Positions 62,921-64,000 of a stretch of DNA of 64,000 nucleotides are shown one piece after another. A model generated the notes under the pieces. That model ran no database searches and was not told where the DNA came from. It worked only from the letters and a program-made list of their open reading frames with translations. The translations under genes were made by a program, and so were the position numbers. The DNA comes from Octopus sinensis (lineage: Eukaryota): NCBI RefSeq assembly GCF_006345805.1, contig NC_043000.1, forward strand, positions 10,664,001 through 10,728,000. Reading direction: 5' to 3'. Numbering within the stretch: the stretch's first letter is position 1; the number at the start of each line of letters is the position of its first letter.

Positions 62921-63648
62921 ACTAATAAAATCTAACTTCATTTGTTACAGTTTCTACAACCAACATTTCCACAGCAAACAAATAAAGGCTAGTGTTTGGA
63001 GTTAACTCTTATAAATGGACTTAGCTTTAAAGCCTCATTTAAGGTGATAGAGCATATAGCTAACGGCTACAGTGCTAACAGCATAGTATTGATAGAGAAT
63101 TACTGTTGTTCCTCTGTGTTTTTGTTGACTGAGTTTTTTTTTTTTACCTGAATTTGGAAACAGTAAATACACATGATTGTTGTAAATAATAAATTAAATT
63201 GTACTTTTATTTTTTAACATTTATTTTTCTTTTCACATGTCATTACCAGCATCTGTTTTGCCATACTGCAGTGGGTTGGCAATGTCTGCTATACAGTATA
63301 CCAACAATCATCTCAGTATAACTTCACAACTTCATCATACATCTTCTTCAGTCTCCTCCATTAATGACTATCCTTTACCTACGTATCATACAGTAAAATA
63401 GTCTATGATAAGTAAAGAACATTGTTTACTACATGGTCATTTGACTTGCTAGAAATAGCATCCAAATCTCCCTCACTATACCATGCCATATTAAAAGAGA
63501 AAGACAACATTTAATAACCTAGTCCCAGATATATTATGCCTGAAAAAAGATCAGAGAGCCACATGTGAAATGCTGTTGATCATAGATTTGTTGGATCAGA
63601 GCTAACCAAGGATTAAACCACAACATATATACATATATATATATATAT

Positions 63649-63847
63649 AGGGAGGAATTACAACCGTGTTTCGTGGTCTGCTACCCCAACAGCTCCTTTA
63701 TAGGATCCAGTTAAGTCAAGACATCATCAGGAGGAATCACGTCCGGTTTCGGCCCCTACTCCTCTACCGTTTTGACGTGGTGGGCCCCCCCTTTCGGAGG
63801 TGTCTTCAGCTCTGGTGTTGGGTGCATGTCTTCTTTCTTCTTCTTTC
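63649..63847 (-). mobile_element. ~200-bp GC-rich insertion with two tandem hammerhead-like cores, flanked by a ~60-bp direct repeat
   Basis: Minus strand CTGAAGA...GAAAC (63809-63746) and CTGATGA...GAAAC (63730-63668); tgttggatcagagctaaccaaggattaaaccacaacatatatacatatata at 63589 and 63848. Confidence 0.55.
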
Positions 63848-63883
63848 TGTTGGATCAGAGCTAACCAAGGATTAAACCACAAC

Positions 63884-63923
<40 letters not shown>

Positions 63924-63924
63924 C

Positions 63925-64000
63925 TCTATATAAACGGCAGTTTGTCTGTGCGTGTTTCTGTGTGTCTGTTTTCTCGTACCCTCACCCTGACCACGGCTTT
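63925..64000 (+). mobile_element. Probable 5' end of a Helitron-like element (runs off the window)
   Basis: tctatataaacggcagtttgtctgtg resembles the start of 14960-15345. Confidence 0.45.

Noticed and set aside
51228-64000. USO1 exon 9 (expected LVRxLVSP...CQK-like sequence)
   Set aside because: No matching frame with splice sites found by eye; presumably beyond the window, though a missed exon cannot be excluded

Overview
AT-rich animal genomic DNA, almost certainly an octopus. The host call is an inference from the dense tRNA-derived SINE families and (AT)n/(CAT)n microsatellites. Two protein-coding genes are supported, both on the + strand. (1) The 1113-nt terminal exon of a BTB-BACK-Kelch (KLHL-family) gene at 3466-4578; its upstream exons were not found in the window. 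(2) The first eight coding exons of USO1/p115 (general vesicular transport factor) at 25677-51227, 879 nt = 293 aa, all with GT-AG introns in consistent phase; the remaining exons presumably lie beyond 64000. Nearly all other ORFs in the supplied track are spurious or repeat-derived. The rest is a transposon mosaic: several SINE families, truncated CR1 and RTE LINEs, a decayed Penelope-like element (RT thumb plus GIY-YIG start), piggyBac- and Tc1/pogo-type MITEs, Helitron-like elements and fold-back palindromes. The most interesting signals are hammerhead-ribozyme-like motifs in Penelope-type terminal repeats (14871, 35766, 60285 and a tandem pair at 63659-63809), an ~810-bp almost spacerless palindrome in USO1 intron 5, a ~25-copy 53-bp satellite born inside a SINE, a triplicated SINE-plus-flank block next to the USO1 promoter, and a candidate antisense TATA/Inr first exon in USO1 intron 1. 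I found no convincing evidence of a wholly new biological system. No CRISPR array, rRNA or true tRNA gene was seen. Repeat boundaries were estimated by eye and may be off by a few bases.
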